Assembly (NCBI RefSeq): GCF_009914755.1 | Contig: NC_060931.1 | Strand: one strand, 5' to 3' | DNA from: the human T2T-CHM13v2.0 reference genome, Homo sapiens | DNA length: 64,000 bases | Shown: piece by piece, positions 31,114 to 45,531 of the stretch | Numbering within the stretch: position 1 is the first letter of the stretch | Layout: each line of letters begins with the position of its first letter | Program-made: the position numbers and the translations under genes | Notes under the pieces: model-generated | Database searches by the model: none | Told to the model about the DNA's origin: nothing | Seen by the model: only the letters and a program-made list of their open reading frames with translations

Positions 31114-31683
31114 CTAAAGCCCAGGAGTAGTTCTGTAGGAAATATCCACTGTAAAAGGAAAATGGACGTACAACTGAGGAATCAGATTAGGAGATTTGGC
31201 AAAATCACAAAGATAATTTTGCTAACATTGGAGTCACCAACATAAAGCTCCACAATTTAGGCCAATACTGGGTTGCACAGTATAGTGACATTGTGGCTTT
31301 CCTCCCTGGAATCACCATGTCACTGCCATGCTGTTGTGTCCTGGATTTAGCTGACTTTGGCAGGACAAGCCCTCTCTTATCTCTGGGGGGTGATGGGAGA
31401 GGGCTAAGCGGCCTCATCCAGTAAACTGCCTTTGCTTTCACAGGTTCAGGATGGTCAGGGGTACAGGCCTAAGCCCTACATTGTCCGCAGTGATTAGTAG
31501 TTAGTTCAGAGGCAGGGATGTGAATGACCTAAATTTGTCTAATCAGTAAAGCCTAATACTTTTATTCAGTAGTTGAATAAAGATAAAAAGCTCTATTATT
31601 CCAGATCTTGTGGTTAGAGATAGGAACCCTGACACCACTGCGGCCATTTTCTTACTATGACAAAACAAGCAAACAGCAACAGT

Positions 31684-31802
31684 GAAAGAAAAGAAAAAGA
31701 GAAAGAAAGAAAGAAAGGAAGGAAGGAAGGAAGGAAGGAAAAGGAAAAGGAAAGAAAGGAAAGAAGGAAGGAAGGAAAGAAAAAAAGAAAGAAAGAGAAA
31801 AA
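31684..31802. repeat. Polypurine (GAAA)n/(GGAA)n tract
   Basis: About 120 bp of purines; GGAA x6 at 31717-31740. Confidence 0.95.
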
Positions 31803-33615
31803 TGCCTGAGATAATTAGAGAATACAGAGCACAAGCCTGATCTTCAAATATTGTCTAAAGTCCACTAACGAAATATTAGCTGTATTGTTTAAGCCAATGT
31901 GAGGTGTATTTTTGTGGTGCTTGTTGTTTGGTTGTGGAGTTTTCTTGCATTTCGACTGGAAAAAGATCCTGATACATAAGCAGAGATGCAGAAAAATAAA
32001 TCTATAATTATAAAATCCGTATGGTGGGGTTCTTCTGCCGGGCCCATTAGAACACGGTATGTTATTTCACACACTCTCTTATTGAAGTAAAATTACCCTT
32101 CAGCCCCTAACCATGCTCAGCAGGAGAGACTGTGCTGGGAAGACCACTGTTTCTAATGTATGTTACAAAGTTGATGCTAACAAGCATTTTAAACAAGTTA
32201 AGTGCATCACTGCTGTTTCGCCTTCTCGTGGTTAGAGGTGTGAGTCATGCTTCCTGTTAAGCCCAGAGACAGTGCCTCTGTTTGAGGTTTGATTATTTGG
32301 TAACAAAATGGAAAGCACACTGCTGCTGTGTCAGTGAGCTGGAAGCAATCAACATTTACTAGGCTTACACACATGAGAAATGCAAATAGGTTTCATTTGC
32401 TGGGATATGGGTTGGTGGCTTGACTCAAACATTTCATACCCCCAGGAAAAAGGAAGTTAAACCACAGGATTAATCCTTGACTAAATCTTGAGGCATTTTT
32501 AACCACAAATTAGAAAATTAAAACCAAAATGTATTCTGCCATTCCAAAACCAAAGAGCTAAGCTCTTACTTCAGAGGTTGGCAAACTCCACCATGTTGGC
32601 CCATTTCACTTGACTCTTACCTACCTACTGGTTTACTTTTACTGGCTTTCTGCCAGCCTCTCCAAGGCAGAGCCATGAAACCATGACTCCCAGCTGTGGA
32701 ATCAGAGACTGGGTGGCAATTAGGCTTCAGAGGGCACCAGGAGCTTCCAGTGATATGTAATTGCTGAATTTCTGGGGATAATTACAGGGGGTCTTTGGGC
32801 TGTCTGGGGAAAAAAAAAATCAATCTGAAAACTCACAACGTATACGGTTACTGTATTACTGTAAGAATCATAACTTACAAAGTTAAAGATAGTTGTATTC
32901 CAACGGCATGATAATGCAGAAATGGTAAAGAAGAGGTAGCATCCATGCCATTCAAGATATAAAGTTCTCAGTTAATAGTAGTTGATAGCGATGATGCTTT
33001 TACTTTAAGAAAGCAAGAGAAGTAATAGTTCCTTGAACTCATCTTATAAACGCCTGATTTTATTCCACAGAGATCTTACCAGGAGAGTCAGAATCTTTTA
33101 AGGAAACTGCAGCTATCTGTGAGCATTATTAAGTTGAAATTCTTAATATAAAAAAAAAATCCAGACACCAGAGATTGCTTATAGTTTGTTTTAAAAAAAT
33201 GAATGATTTGGAAATAAGGGATAGAGAAGTAGGTGATTAATATTGAGAACCTGTAACTTACAAGTTACTTCACAAAGTAACTTTCATTCTCACATTTAAA
33301 AAAATCAAAATTACAAAATCAGAATTTCAGAGATAAAGGATGTTAATCTATATTTCCACAGAGATTTTGTGGTATTCTAATGAATGTTTCAAGGTGTTGA
33401 AAGCAAGATGTATTCATACCTTTCATTAATTTATTCAGTAAATATTTAATGAGTGCTGATACAGTTGCAAAATATATAAAGCTATTGGGCTTACAAAAGT
33501 GGATAAAATAAAATCGAAATTTCTGTCTTCATGAAGCTCATCACCTAACAGAAAAAGAAAGCATGGAACTGGGTGCCCCTCTTTAGTATGTGAGATGCAA
33601 ATTGTGTGCCCCAGT

Positions 33616-34078
33616 TGTCAGGTCTGGAATTTGATTTTATCCTGCTTAAAACTAATAAGTTTGCCTGTTTCTGCTTCATAGATACTGGCAGGAGACAGGA
33701 GACTCCTGGTTTTGAGACAAAGGACTTCATTAATCATGCATGGCACAGCAAGCAGCATAAGCATCAACATGTTTGTGTCGATTTCTCTTGCTGCCCCCTC
33801 CCAAGTCCATGGGGGTGGCGCACAATGCCCGGATAGATGCACAGTGGATTGTGTTACAGAGGAGGAATACTGCACCTAGGAGATCTACAATTTTCACAGT
33901 AAGCAGTAAGCAAGCCTGCTGCTTGTCATGAAGACATTACCTAATCCCCTGAGGATGCTCTCTGTAAACACAGCCCTGGGAAATGGTTCCCTTAAAGAGC
34001 AGTCAGTGCCTTGCATTCATGGCATACTGGCAAGACATGCAGGAGTCCAAGAGATCTGTGAAGGACATTCTCACAACA
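33616..34078 (-). mobile_element. ERVL-class solo LTR (family unresolved)
   Basis: TG...CA termini, near-perfect 5-bp TSD CCAGT/TCAGT, LTR-like length and composition; strand inferred. Confidence 0.6.
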
Positions 34079-34851
34079 TCAGTCAGGATCCAGAGTGCGA
34101 TGCTAGAAATATCATGTTTTGACTGAAGCAAGAAGTCCAATATTTCTCCTTTCAATATTTTTCCCATCTGCTTTCAAGCCATCCAGGTATCTTCAGATTC
34201 TTATATGGGGATTCCCTTCTAGGGCAAGGGAAAATCCATTTTGCGATTGACACATTTCAGGATGCTAGCTATGAAGTGGGGTGCTGATTGCTGAGTAGAA
34301 AATATGGAAGACACAGACAGTGTATCCATAGCACAAATCACAGTAGTGGAGTCTCATTTCTGTACTTTTAAGGCCAACATATGTTAACCACTACGCTGAG
34401 AGATTCCAGCCAAAGTGTCAAATGTTCTCAAGGTTAAATTGACTTTGATTGCCTTACCCAGCAGCAAATGTGGTAACAATCTGCTTAGTCACAGAGAGGA
34501 GGTACAACGAGAGGTGTGGGTTGGCAAGAAGCTGGAATACAACAAGCTGTACATTCAACAGAAATAGTTACTCCAATAGGACATCCTAATTCTAAATTAT
34601 GAAAGATTCATGTAGCCATCAGAGTTCAGTTAATAAAAACAAAAGTTACCCCCTGCATTCTAAGTTTGAAGGATTTCAATCCACGAAACTAAAGATTTAA
34701 ACAATCATAGGGAGGGGTGGGGAGCTAAGGTCAGGAAAATTGCTACGTTCAATCTCAAATGAAAGCACCGAAGGGATGGTTCTCAAAAACTCTCCCAAAA
34801 GGTGATGTAATTCTCAAGACTCTCTGGAATGTTCTCAGTCATCATCTCAGC

Positions 34852-35543
<692 letters not shown>

Positions 35544-36765
35544 TCACATTCTAAATTTCAGTCAAGTGTTTCATGTTGATGAACTCTAACCTGGCGCCTT
35601 ACAGAAAAGGCAATTTTGAGAAATGTAGTTCCAACCTTCTTTCTGTGATAAAGAAAGCAATTACGATGCTGTGTTAATAGCAGATAATCCAACCAAGCCG
35701 GATGATTAAACTAGCAAACAGATAATAATAAGTGCCACATGAGTGTTACAGACTAAGTGATATGAGATTGATAATGAGATAAATGTACTTCTGATTCACC
35801 CAGGATTTGGGGTAAGCTGTGACATCCTAGAGCAGAGAACATAGTTCAAACTGTGACTGATACCACTCTCTAGGCCCTTTGCACCAGGAGGACAGCTCCT
35901 TTGGCAAATCTAAAGACTTTGGTGGAACCACAAAGATGGGAGAATCTTCCAAGTCACTCTCAGAAATATCAAGGGGACAGAAGAGAAGGAAAGTTTCCAG
36001 GAAACTTGGGTCCTTCACTGGCAGGTAGTGGCAAGCCCTGTCAAAGCATTCATTCAAAAGTAAAATAATCCAGTTAGATTTAGTGATCCATTTAATGAAT
36101 TACTCCACTCAAAAAAAAAATGAAATAAAATAACTTTATTGGAAATGATGCTAGAAAGATGGTTTGTGAGACGAGTAAATTTGGAGGAGCAATAAAGGGC
36201 TAGGTTAAGGAAAATAAACTTTAGTCTGTAGGAAAATGGGGAACAATTTAAGATTTCTGAACCAAGGAATGGCCCAAGCCAGGCAGTGTGCAATGTGAAC
36301 TGAGAAAAGAACAGACTTGAGGCAGAGAAATGAGATAACAATTTGGCTATTATTTTATTAAAGTGCATGATAATCAATGTTTGACTGCAATGTTAACAAG
36401 AAAAGGGGTGAAGGGATTCTTGGTCAACATTGTGAAGGAAGCAACATAACTTAGTGATTTGAGAAGTGACTTTTTCTGAACTTTAGAATGTCCATCTTCT
36501 AGTCTTAGAAACTTGTATTCACCGAAAGCAGTCACTCCTGATCTTAGATTTCAAATCCTCTTAACCATGATAGTGGCTTCATTTTCAACAGGATTCTCCT
36601 TTAAACACAAGATAGAAGCAGACTAGGCATTTAGCGTTTCCACACAGACGTTATCTCTGCTTGAGTAGGCTGAGCTTATCCTTGATCATCTCTAGATCTG
36701 AATAAGGCTAATAAATTATTTTGCAATTTCCCTAATATTTTTCTCTAATTACATATGTTCACGCA

Positions 36766-37057
36766 TTTTTTTTTTTTTTTTGATGGAGTCTTGCTCCATC
36801 GCCCAGGCTGGAGTGCAATGGCACCATCACTGCTCAGTGCAACCTCTGTCTCCTGGGTTCAAGCGATTCTCTGTCTTAGCCTCCCGAGTAGCTGGGACTA
36901 CGGGCGCATGCCTCCACATCTGGCTAATTTTTGTACTTTTAGTAGAGACAGGGTTTCACCTTGATGGTCAGGCTGGTCTCTAACTTCTGACCTCAAGCGA
37001 TCCACCCACCTCGGCCTCTCAAAGTGCTGGGATTATAGGCGTGAGCCACAGTGCCCC
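36766..37057 (-). mobile_element. AluS element
   Basis: Poly-T plus reverse-complement Alu body. Confidence 0.93.
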
Positions 37058-37059
37058 AC

Positions 37060-38157
37060 AAAGAAATTTTTTAAATTTCTTTTTTAAATGTATGGTGGTA
37101 AGAACCAAACATTAATTCTACTCTCTTAACAGATGTTTAAGTGTACAAAACAGTTTTGTTGTCTATAGGAACAATACCGTACAGCAGATCTCTAGCACTT
37201 ATTCATCTTGAATAACACAATTTTACACCTATGTATTAGCAAATCCCCATTTTTTCTTTTACTCAGTCATTTGCAACCACTATTCCACTCTTTGATTCTG
37301 TGAGTTTGACTATTTTATATAACTTATACAAGCGGAATCATGCAGTTTTTGTCCTTTTGTGACTGGCTTATTTCACTTAACATAATGTTCTTAAGGTTCA
37401 TCCATGTTGTTGCATATAGCAAATTTCCTTCTTTTTGAAGGAAAAGTTAATATTCTCTTGTATGTATATAGCATCGTTTGTTTCTTTTCATTCATCTGTC
37501 AATGTACATTTTGGTTGTTTCCACATCTTGGCTATTGTGAGTAGTGCTATAATGAACATGATAAGAGTGCTCATATCTCTTTGAGAGCCTGATTTCATTT
37601 CTTTTGGATACATAGTTAGAAGTGAGTTTGCTGAATCCTATGGTAGCTCAATTTTTAATTTTTGGAGGAACCTCCATGCTATTTTCCATAGCAGCTGCAC
37701 CATTTTACATTCCCATCAACAGTGTACAAGGGCACTAATTTATTCACATCCTTGCCAAGACTTGTTAACTTTTGACTTTTGGATAGTAGCCATACTAACA
37801 GGTCTGAGGTGATATCTTGTAGTTTTTATTTGCATTTCCCTAGTGATTAATTGACGTTGAGCATCTTTTCATGTACCTGTATGGTCATTTTTATCTCATT
37901 TTAAAAAAATGTCTATTCAAGTCTTTAGCCCATTTTTAAATCAGTTTACAGTTTTTTTTCTATGAAGTTGTAGAAATTTCTTATATATTTTGGAAATCAG
38001 CCTTTTATCAAATATGTAGTTTGCAAAAATTTTCTCTCATTGTATAGGTTAAGTTTTCACTCTGTTAACTGTTCCCTTTGCTATGCAGAAGTCTTTTAGT
38101 TTGATGTAGTCCCACCCGTTTATTTTTGTTTTGGTTGTCTGGGCTGTAGGTGTCCAT
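37060..38157 (-). mobile_element. L1MA8-10-like 3' end (3'UTR plus end of ORF2)
   Basis: GTACAGCAGATCTCTAG..CTTATTCATCTTG, TGGCTTATTTCACTTAACATAATG, GAACCTCCATGCTATTTTCCATAG. Confidence 0.85.
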
Positions 38158-39240
38158 GGAACTCATTAATCAGTAAGTGGCTACTGTAGCCACTTAGCCA
38201 AACACTGTGCTAGGTGTTAGGTATGAAAACATAGAAGAGACCTGGCCCTGGCTTTGAGGGAGCCCACATTCTACAGCCAAGCACAAAAATATAATTCTTA
38301 TAAATAATATAAAAGAAGTGCACTGTTAGCACAAAGATGAAAATTAGCAATGAGGGCTATGGGATAATAGCCTGGGGAGGCTTGACAGAGGAAGTGATTC
38401 TTAAGCTGTACCTCAGAGGAAGAATAGGATTTGTCAAGTAGATAAGGTCTGAATGAAAGAAAGCCAAGCAGCCACAGAGGCAAGAAGAAATAAAAGAGTA
38501 TGGATTTAGATGCAGGGCATTTGCACACCTGATAATTCACACACTTCTTGCATACACAACTCCAATTTCCATAGCTAGATAGTCCATTTTTGGATTAACT
38601 AGGGTTTTTTAAAAAAAAAGGTTTTTTAAATACATTAACATTTGTATGAATCTCTGAAAGCATCTGCATATTAGAAGTGTCTATTATTCAGAACCATATG
38701 AAAACCAATAGTAATTGGTTTGAGCCCACTGAAGAATTGGGACACCCTGATGCTCTATTCCAATATTTAGAAATAGGGAGACCAGCTGAGATGAGAAAGG
38801 TAACAATCATAACTATTTCAATAGAGAACAATTTTAGCTATTTTTCCATCAGACGATTTATAGTTACAGATCTAAATTATTGCTGTAGTTTTACTTTTAT
38901 TCTTTTGGATGCCATTTCTATGATGCCACATGGGAATATTATTTTAAATTTGAGGTTTACATTAAATCCAAGCTTTATTTTGTTTTGGTCTTTAATTGTC
39001 TGTAATTTCCTCTCCCCAGTCACCACCACCAAACCCCTAAATATTAACCTTGTTCGCAATGAGTTATAAGTATTTATTTACTTTGGTTTTATATCCCTGC
39101 TTTCATTTTTTATGAATATCCTATTAAAATCAGATGTCACCAGAAATCTAGCGAACTCATTTTACAACCAGATTACTTTGTTTACTTTTTTCTTTCTTTT
39201 CTTTGTTTTTGGGTCTCCTGTTCTTCTTTTTCTTACTCAG

Positions 39241-39683
39241 TGTATTAGCGTTCTCTAGAGGGACGGAACAAATGGAATAGATATATACATAAAGGAGAGT
39301 TTATTAAATATTAACTCACGCAATCACAAGGTCCCACAATAGGCAGTCTGCAGGCTGAGGAGCAAGGAGAGCCAGTCTGAGTTCGAAAACTGAAGAAATT
39401 GGAATCCGATGTTGGAGGGCAGGAAACATCCAGCACACCGAAGAAAGATGTAGGCTGGGAGGCAAGGCCAGCCTCTCTTTTCACATTTTTTTTGCCTGCT
39501 TATATCCTAGCCTTGTTGGCAGCTGATTAGATTGTGCCCACTCAGATTAAGGGTGGGTCTGCCTTCCCCAGCCCACTGACTCAACTGTTAATCTCCTTTG
39601 GCAACACCCACACAGACACACCCAGGATCAATGCTTTGTATCCTTCAATCCAATCAAATTGACACTCAGTATTAACCATCACA
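39241..39683 (-). mobile_element. MLT2A1 solo LTR
   Basis: TGTATTAG...GACACTCAGTATTAACCATCACA, ~443 bp; TSD CTCAG/CTCAC. Confidence 0.9.
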
Positions 39684-39798
39684 CTCACAAAGTTGTTTTA
39701 TGTTTGGAGTCTCTCATTCCTCTTAGGCTATATTACATTTTAGATTCTCTGTTTATAGTATATCATCTTTTTTCTTAGAGTTTCTCTATTTATATGGC

Positions 39799-40010
39799 TG
39801 TACTGTTTTTCTAGGGCTGATGCAGAAAATTCCAGAAACTAGGTGGATTAAAACAACAGAAATTTATTTTCGCACAATTCTGGAGACTAGAAGTCCAAAA
39901 TCAAGGTGTTGGCAGGACCATTCTGCCAATTTGCCAAGGCAAATTCTGAGGTGCTGGGGATTAGGACTTAAACATGTCATGTTTTGTGAGACACAATTCA
40001 ACCCGTAACA
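39799..40010 (-). mobile_element. MLT1B/C-like LTR with a large internal deletion
   Basis: Both termini present (AAAACAACAGAAATTTATT... and ACACAATTCAACCCGTAACA) but only ~210 bp long. Confidence 0.75.
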
Positions 40011-40024
40011 ATTACTGATATTGA

Positions 40025-40255
40025 GAAACAGTACAGGCTGTGCTCAAGGGCATGGGCATTGGAATGAAAAAGCCCTGGTTCAAGGCCTTGTTCCATCACG
40101 AACTGTGACTTCAGGCCATTTCTGTAATTTTTCTATTTATAAAGTAGAAATTATGACAATACCTCAGAATTTTTAGAGAATTAAATAAGGTAATACATCA
40201 GTGTGATTAGCATAGTACCTGGCTTATAGCAACTGTCCAGTAAATATTAGCAATT
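40025..40255 (+). mobile_element. MIR SINE
   Basis: CCTGGTTCAAG...CTGTGACTTCAGGC...TAGCATAGTACCTGGC...AGTAAATATTAGC. Confidence 0.75.
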
Positions 40256-40671
40256 GGCATTATCTTAAGTATATAGGGGACTATTTCTAAATATATTCAG
40301 GAATCTCTATTTTGAGCAGTGTAAGAACTAAAACAGTAGGAAGTGGCAAAAGGGTCACCACCTTTAGCCTATGCTGTGTCATCTTTTGAAATTCTGATAT
40401 TTTTGGTACCGTCTGCCAAAATGATAAAGAGTAACTAGGAAGACTCTTTGCATGGAGAACTGAGAATGTGCCACATGAAAACTCATTCCGAGAGAAGAGG
40501 GAGCTATCAATGACGAACTTGATTCCATACTACATTTTATTTTCAGAAGGAAAGAGTGATTCTTAGGATAGCCTCCTGTCAGACTGTCCCTGGCCCCACA
40601 CTATGAATTTCTACCTAGGTCTTAATGGCTATAGATGACTCTGAGTTAATACCCAAAGAGCAATGTCACTG

Positions 40672-40805
40672 GAAAGGGGTACAATATACGTTCTTTGAGT
40701 GATGACTACCATAAAAGCCCTGACTTCACCACTATGCAATTTATACATGTAACAAAATTACACTTGTATCCTTTAAATGTATGCAAATTAAAAATAAATA
40801 AATAG
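40672..40805 (+). mobile_element. Short L1PB/L1MA 3' end
   Basis: AAAAGCCCTGACTTCACCACTATGCAA...GTAACAAAATTACACTTGTA plus A-rich tail. Confidence 0.8.
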
Positions 40806-41285
40806 AAATGAAAATTCGGAGCACAACTTGTAGTGTTTTGGTATGCACCTAACAAATTCTAAAACAATATGATGGTATGAGGCATTCTATTCTAAACTAG
40901 TACAAATACCTGGGGAACTTTGAGGATCCTTGTAATGCCTGGTGGTCACAAAAGTATCCCTGAAGTGTCAACTTGGTTGACGGAAACTGCAGTAGTCCCT
41001 GGGAGAAAAAACATGGAAACAAATCAGTAGTGTAAATAGACGTGGACTGAGCACAGTGGTGCTTAGAATGCTTAGACTCTTTCATTGGTCCTAGCAAGAA
41101 CTCTATTTCTGAAAGACTTTTATTATATCTGTTTTACACATGAGGAAAACTAAAAGTTGAAGAGTGGTAAATGTCAAGTCCAAGACCACAGAGCTAATAG
41201 GTAGGAAAAAAAAAAGTATTTTAACCCAAGCAGGAGCTCCAGGAGCTGAGAATTTTCTAAAAGGAATATTAGAAACCCTCTAGAG

Positions 41286-41511
41286 CAGTGGTCAGAAATC
41301 TTTTCCTGTAAAAGGCCAAATAGTAAGTATTTTCAGCTTTTGGAGCTGTATGGCTTCTTTTGCAACTACTTAACCATTTTTGCCATGGTAGTACAAAAGC
41401 AGCCATAGACATATGTACACAAATGGGCACGGCTGTGTTCCAATAAAAGTTTATTTCCAAAAACAGAAGTCAGCCAGATTTGGCCCACAGGCCCTAGTTT
41501 GCTAATCCCTG
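41286..41511 (+). mobile_element. MER58A (hAT-Charlie)
   Basis: CTGTAAAAGGCCAAATAGTAAGTATTTT...GCAGCCATAGAC...GTGTTCCAATAAAA...GATTTGGCCCACAGGCC. Confidence 0.88.
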
Positions 41512-42242
41512 ACTCCTTTTAACTGCTGTGGCAAATGATTTGTTCAGTCTTATTATAGCATCACTTAAGAAAATAGCATTTAAGGCTGCATCCCCACTTT
41601 CTCTTCTATTACTGTTAACCTCTCTTAAATTGGTAAGGTGTTAGTAATCTGCACTGATGTATTTCACTTAGTGCATCTAGTCTCCTCGGGTAACAGAGAC
41701 AGAAACATACCCTTGATGTGACTTTTCCATAATAGATCACTCATTTTTCCACCTCCTGCTGCACCTGTTCATCACCTGCATGCCGCTTGCTTACACTGAC
41801 CTTCATCGTTTCCTACACCTGTACCTTTTTCTTCTTAGCTACCCTCTATTTTTTTCTGAAAGGTTACTTGGTTTCTGAATTTTTTACTTTAAAAAAAAAT
41901 TATGTGACTTGAACTTCATTTGCTGTCTTTCCCTTCTTCTGCTCTAATTTTAACACATTTATGTATGCTTATAGCATCTGGGACTATGGCCACACATAAT
42001 TCTAAGAGCACTTCAAATGGTTAGGAAATTCAGATTTAGTGAGAAAACTCTTATGAGTTCAATTTTATTCAAAAGTTTAGTTGCACTAATACAGCATAGA
42101 AACACTGAGAAAGAGAAACAAGATGAAACAACGCACATCTAAAGTGGAAGTAAGCTTACTACATTCCTTAAGGCTTTATTAGAACTGGAAGGAATGTAAC
42201 CACCAATATATTCACCATTTTCTTTTATGTTTTAAAAAAAAG

Positions 42243-42435
42243 AACACACACTGGGGCCTATTGGAAGGTGAAGAGTGGGAGGAGTGAGAGGATCAGGAAA
42301 AATAACTAATGGGTAGAAGGCTTAATAATAACTGGATGATGAAATAATCTGTACAACAAATCCCCATGACACAAGTTTACCTATGCAGCAAACCTGCACA
42401 TGTACTCCTGAACTTAAAAGTTTAAAAAGAAAAAG
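42243..42435 (+). mobile_element. L1PA12-15-like 3' end
   Basis: GAGGATCAGGAAAAATAACTAATGGGTA...GAAATAATCTGTACAACAAA...AACCTGCACATGTAC. Confidence 0.85.
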
Positions 42436-43066
42436 GAAAACTGAAATCAGGAAATTCAGGGTCATTTATTTAACTGGTTATAGAGTTCTTTGGAGAGCTG
42501 ATTCTAAAATCCAGATCCGCTGATTGACCATCTAAGGGCTCTTTCTAACTTCATGAGACCTGAACATGTGGAACAAGACAGAAGCATTTTCAAAGCGTTT
42601 TTTTCTTCTGTTGATCTAACATATTGCATCATTATTCTTGGTTCTGATCCCTCAGGTAAAATGACTGGAACCTGCTTTCTCATCTATTTTCCCGCCCCCC
42701 TCCAGTGGTTTACAAACATAAAGGTCAGAGTTGATTAGTTCTTTAAAGAAAGTTCAGTTTTAAAAATAATCTCAAATCAAGGATCCTTCCCTTCTTTTTC
42801 AGTAACTTGCAGCTACAGAACAGTCTCAAGGTGAGCTAAGTCTGCCTTTGCCGGTCTTCCTGCCTGTGATGTGTAACTTCACTAAAACCCAGTTCTGAAA
42901 ATGCCACTCTGCTGCTTACTCATAAACATTCAGAGGCTCCTTACTGCCTCCTCAGACTACAAACATTTCCTTGTCTTCAAGTTTTCCTTGTTCTTTCCTT
43001 CACATAAAAACAAAACAAAACAAAGCTCTGTATCTCTCTCTCTACCATTATTCTTATCAAAACCCT

Positions 43067-43550
43067 CTCATTGGTTTGCTGGAGCTGCGGTAAGAGAGGA
43101 CCACAAACTAGGTGGCTTCAAAACCAGAAATTTATTGCTTCACAGTTCTAGAGATCAGAAGTCTGAAATCAAGGTTAGCAAATTTCCAGAAGTCTATTTG
43201 AAAGAGTTGGTTCCTTCTGAGGGTTGTGAAGGAGAATCTGTTCATACCTTTGCCTTAGTTCCTGGTGGTTTGCTGGTGACGTTTGGCATTCACTGGCTTG
43301 TGGCAACATATATCCAATCTTCACATGGTCTTCTCCCTGTGTCTCTCTGTCCAAATTTTCCCTTCATATGAGGACACTAGTCAGATTAGATTAGAGCCCA
43401 CCTTAATGACTTCTTAATTTGACTACATCTGCAAAGGCCTTTTCTCCAAATAAAATCACTTTCTGAAGTAAGAGGAGTTATCCTTTCAACATATGACACA
43501 CATGTGACTTTGCTATGAATTTGTAGAGAGACAAAATTCAGCCCATAATA
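43067..43550 (-). mobile_element. MLT1C-like LTR
   Basis: CCACAAACTAGGTGGCTT...AGAAGTCTGAAATCAAGG...AAATTCAGCCCATAATA. Confidence 0.8.
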
Positions 43551-43780
43551 GCCCTCTTTGTATTTCCAGGCCTTATACAGAAGCAATATCTTCCATGAAA
43601 CATTTCCTACCTCTAGGCTGACATGTTTTCCTCTGCTGAGCCTCTTAGTAACCATTCCTTCTTTCCACTTCATGACCAATTTCTTGAAATCAGGGATTGT
43701 GTATTTCTCAATTTGTTACTTTACCCCAAAGTCTATCATGTTGCCTGGTATTCAACAGACATCAAAAAATGTTTGCTGTA

Positions 43781-44442
<662 letters not shown>

Positions 44443-45507
44443 CTATACTCTAGAGATGACAGGGATTTTCATGCAGGTTAAGATCCAAGCAAGGCCTCTA
44501 CCCTTCTAGGTCATATTTTCACCATAGTGATGAGAAATAGTACAGTATTGATTAAGAGAATGGACTTGAGCCCTAATTCTGATTTTGTCACATATGTCCA
44601 TATTTATATAACCTGATAACATTAGCCTCTCACAAATTTCCCTCAAATTTTCTAATTTATAAAGCATGACGTGTAAACCCCACCCTAAAGGATTTGACTG
44701 AAAGTTGATTAAGATAATATATGCAACGTCTTAACCAGCGATAGCTAATAATACTGTTGTCTAGGACACCTAGATAACCTATTGCTATTTATAGTGCTGA
44801 CAAGCTTTTTAAAGGCTTTCAAGAAGTTTTTAAAGACTTTAACATGTTTATAGATCACAGAGAAGCCTCCATACACACAGAGAAACTATTTGAGCTTGAT
44901 TCATGAAGAGGAAAAAAAAATAAGAGACACTTTATATAACCTTAAGGAAACAGTGGTCACTTCTGGTCAAGGAGAACAGATAGCAATTGTGCAGAATTAA
45001 ACTACAGATCCTACCTTTGACTATTTAGTCACGCCTCACAATTAGCCAGAAGAGCCATTTTCAAATATCAAGGGCAATACAAATAGAGTTGTTATCATCA
45101 TTCATTCTTCAAAGCAATGACCTTTACTTTGGGCTAGTTTCTTTGGCAAGGAAGTTTGGCATGAAGCTGCTAAAGTAACATTAAACGGCAAAAAATCTGT
45201 TCTTGTGACTATGCTATCTTAATGGCAATTTAACAAAACACCTAATTTCAGGCTCAGAGGTAAAAATGCTTAAGCAACCCACCTGAGACTCCCAAGCGGC
45301 ATATTTATCAAAACAAGTTAAAGTCACCTTCTGAATAATTGTTGTGGAGGGGTTTTCACAGAGCAGAGAGGCACATTTTCTGTGGATTGAACGATTGATC
45401 ACTAAGTTCTAGTAACAGGTGCATCTTGCTTCTGGGGCCTTGAAACATGACAGGCTGTAGAAAGACTATTAAAATCGCTTTGCTAACAAAGAAAAATCAA
45501 TTGTTCT

Positions 45508-45531
45508 CCACAAGGAGGTGCCCTCTGGCGC
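45508..45531 (-). promoter_or_regulatory. Candidate CTCF site
   Basis: Minus-strand GCGCCAGAGGGCAC fits the CTCF core CCRSYAGRKGGCRS except at position 1; motif match only. Confidence 0.45.
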
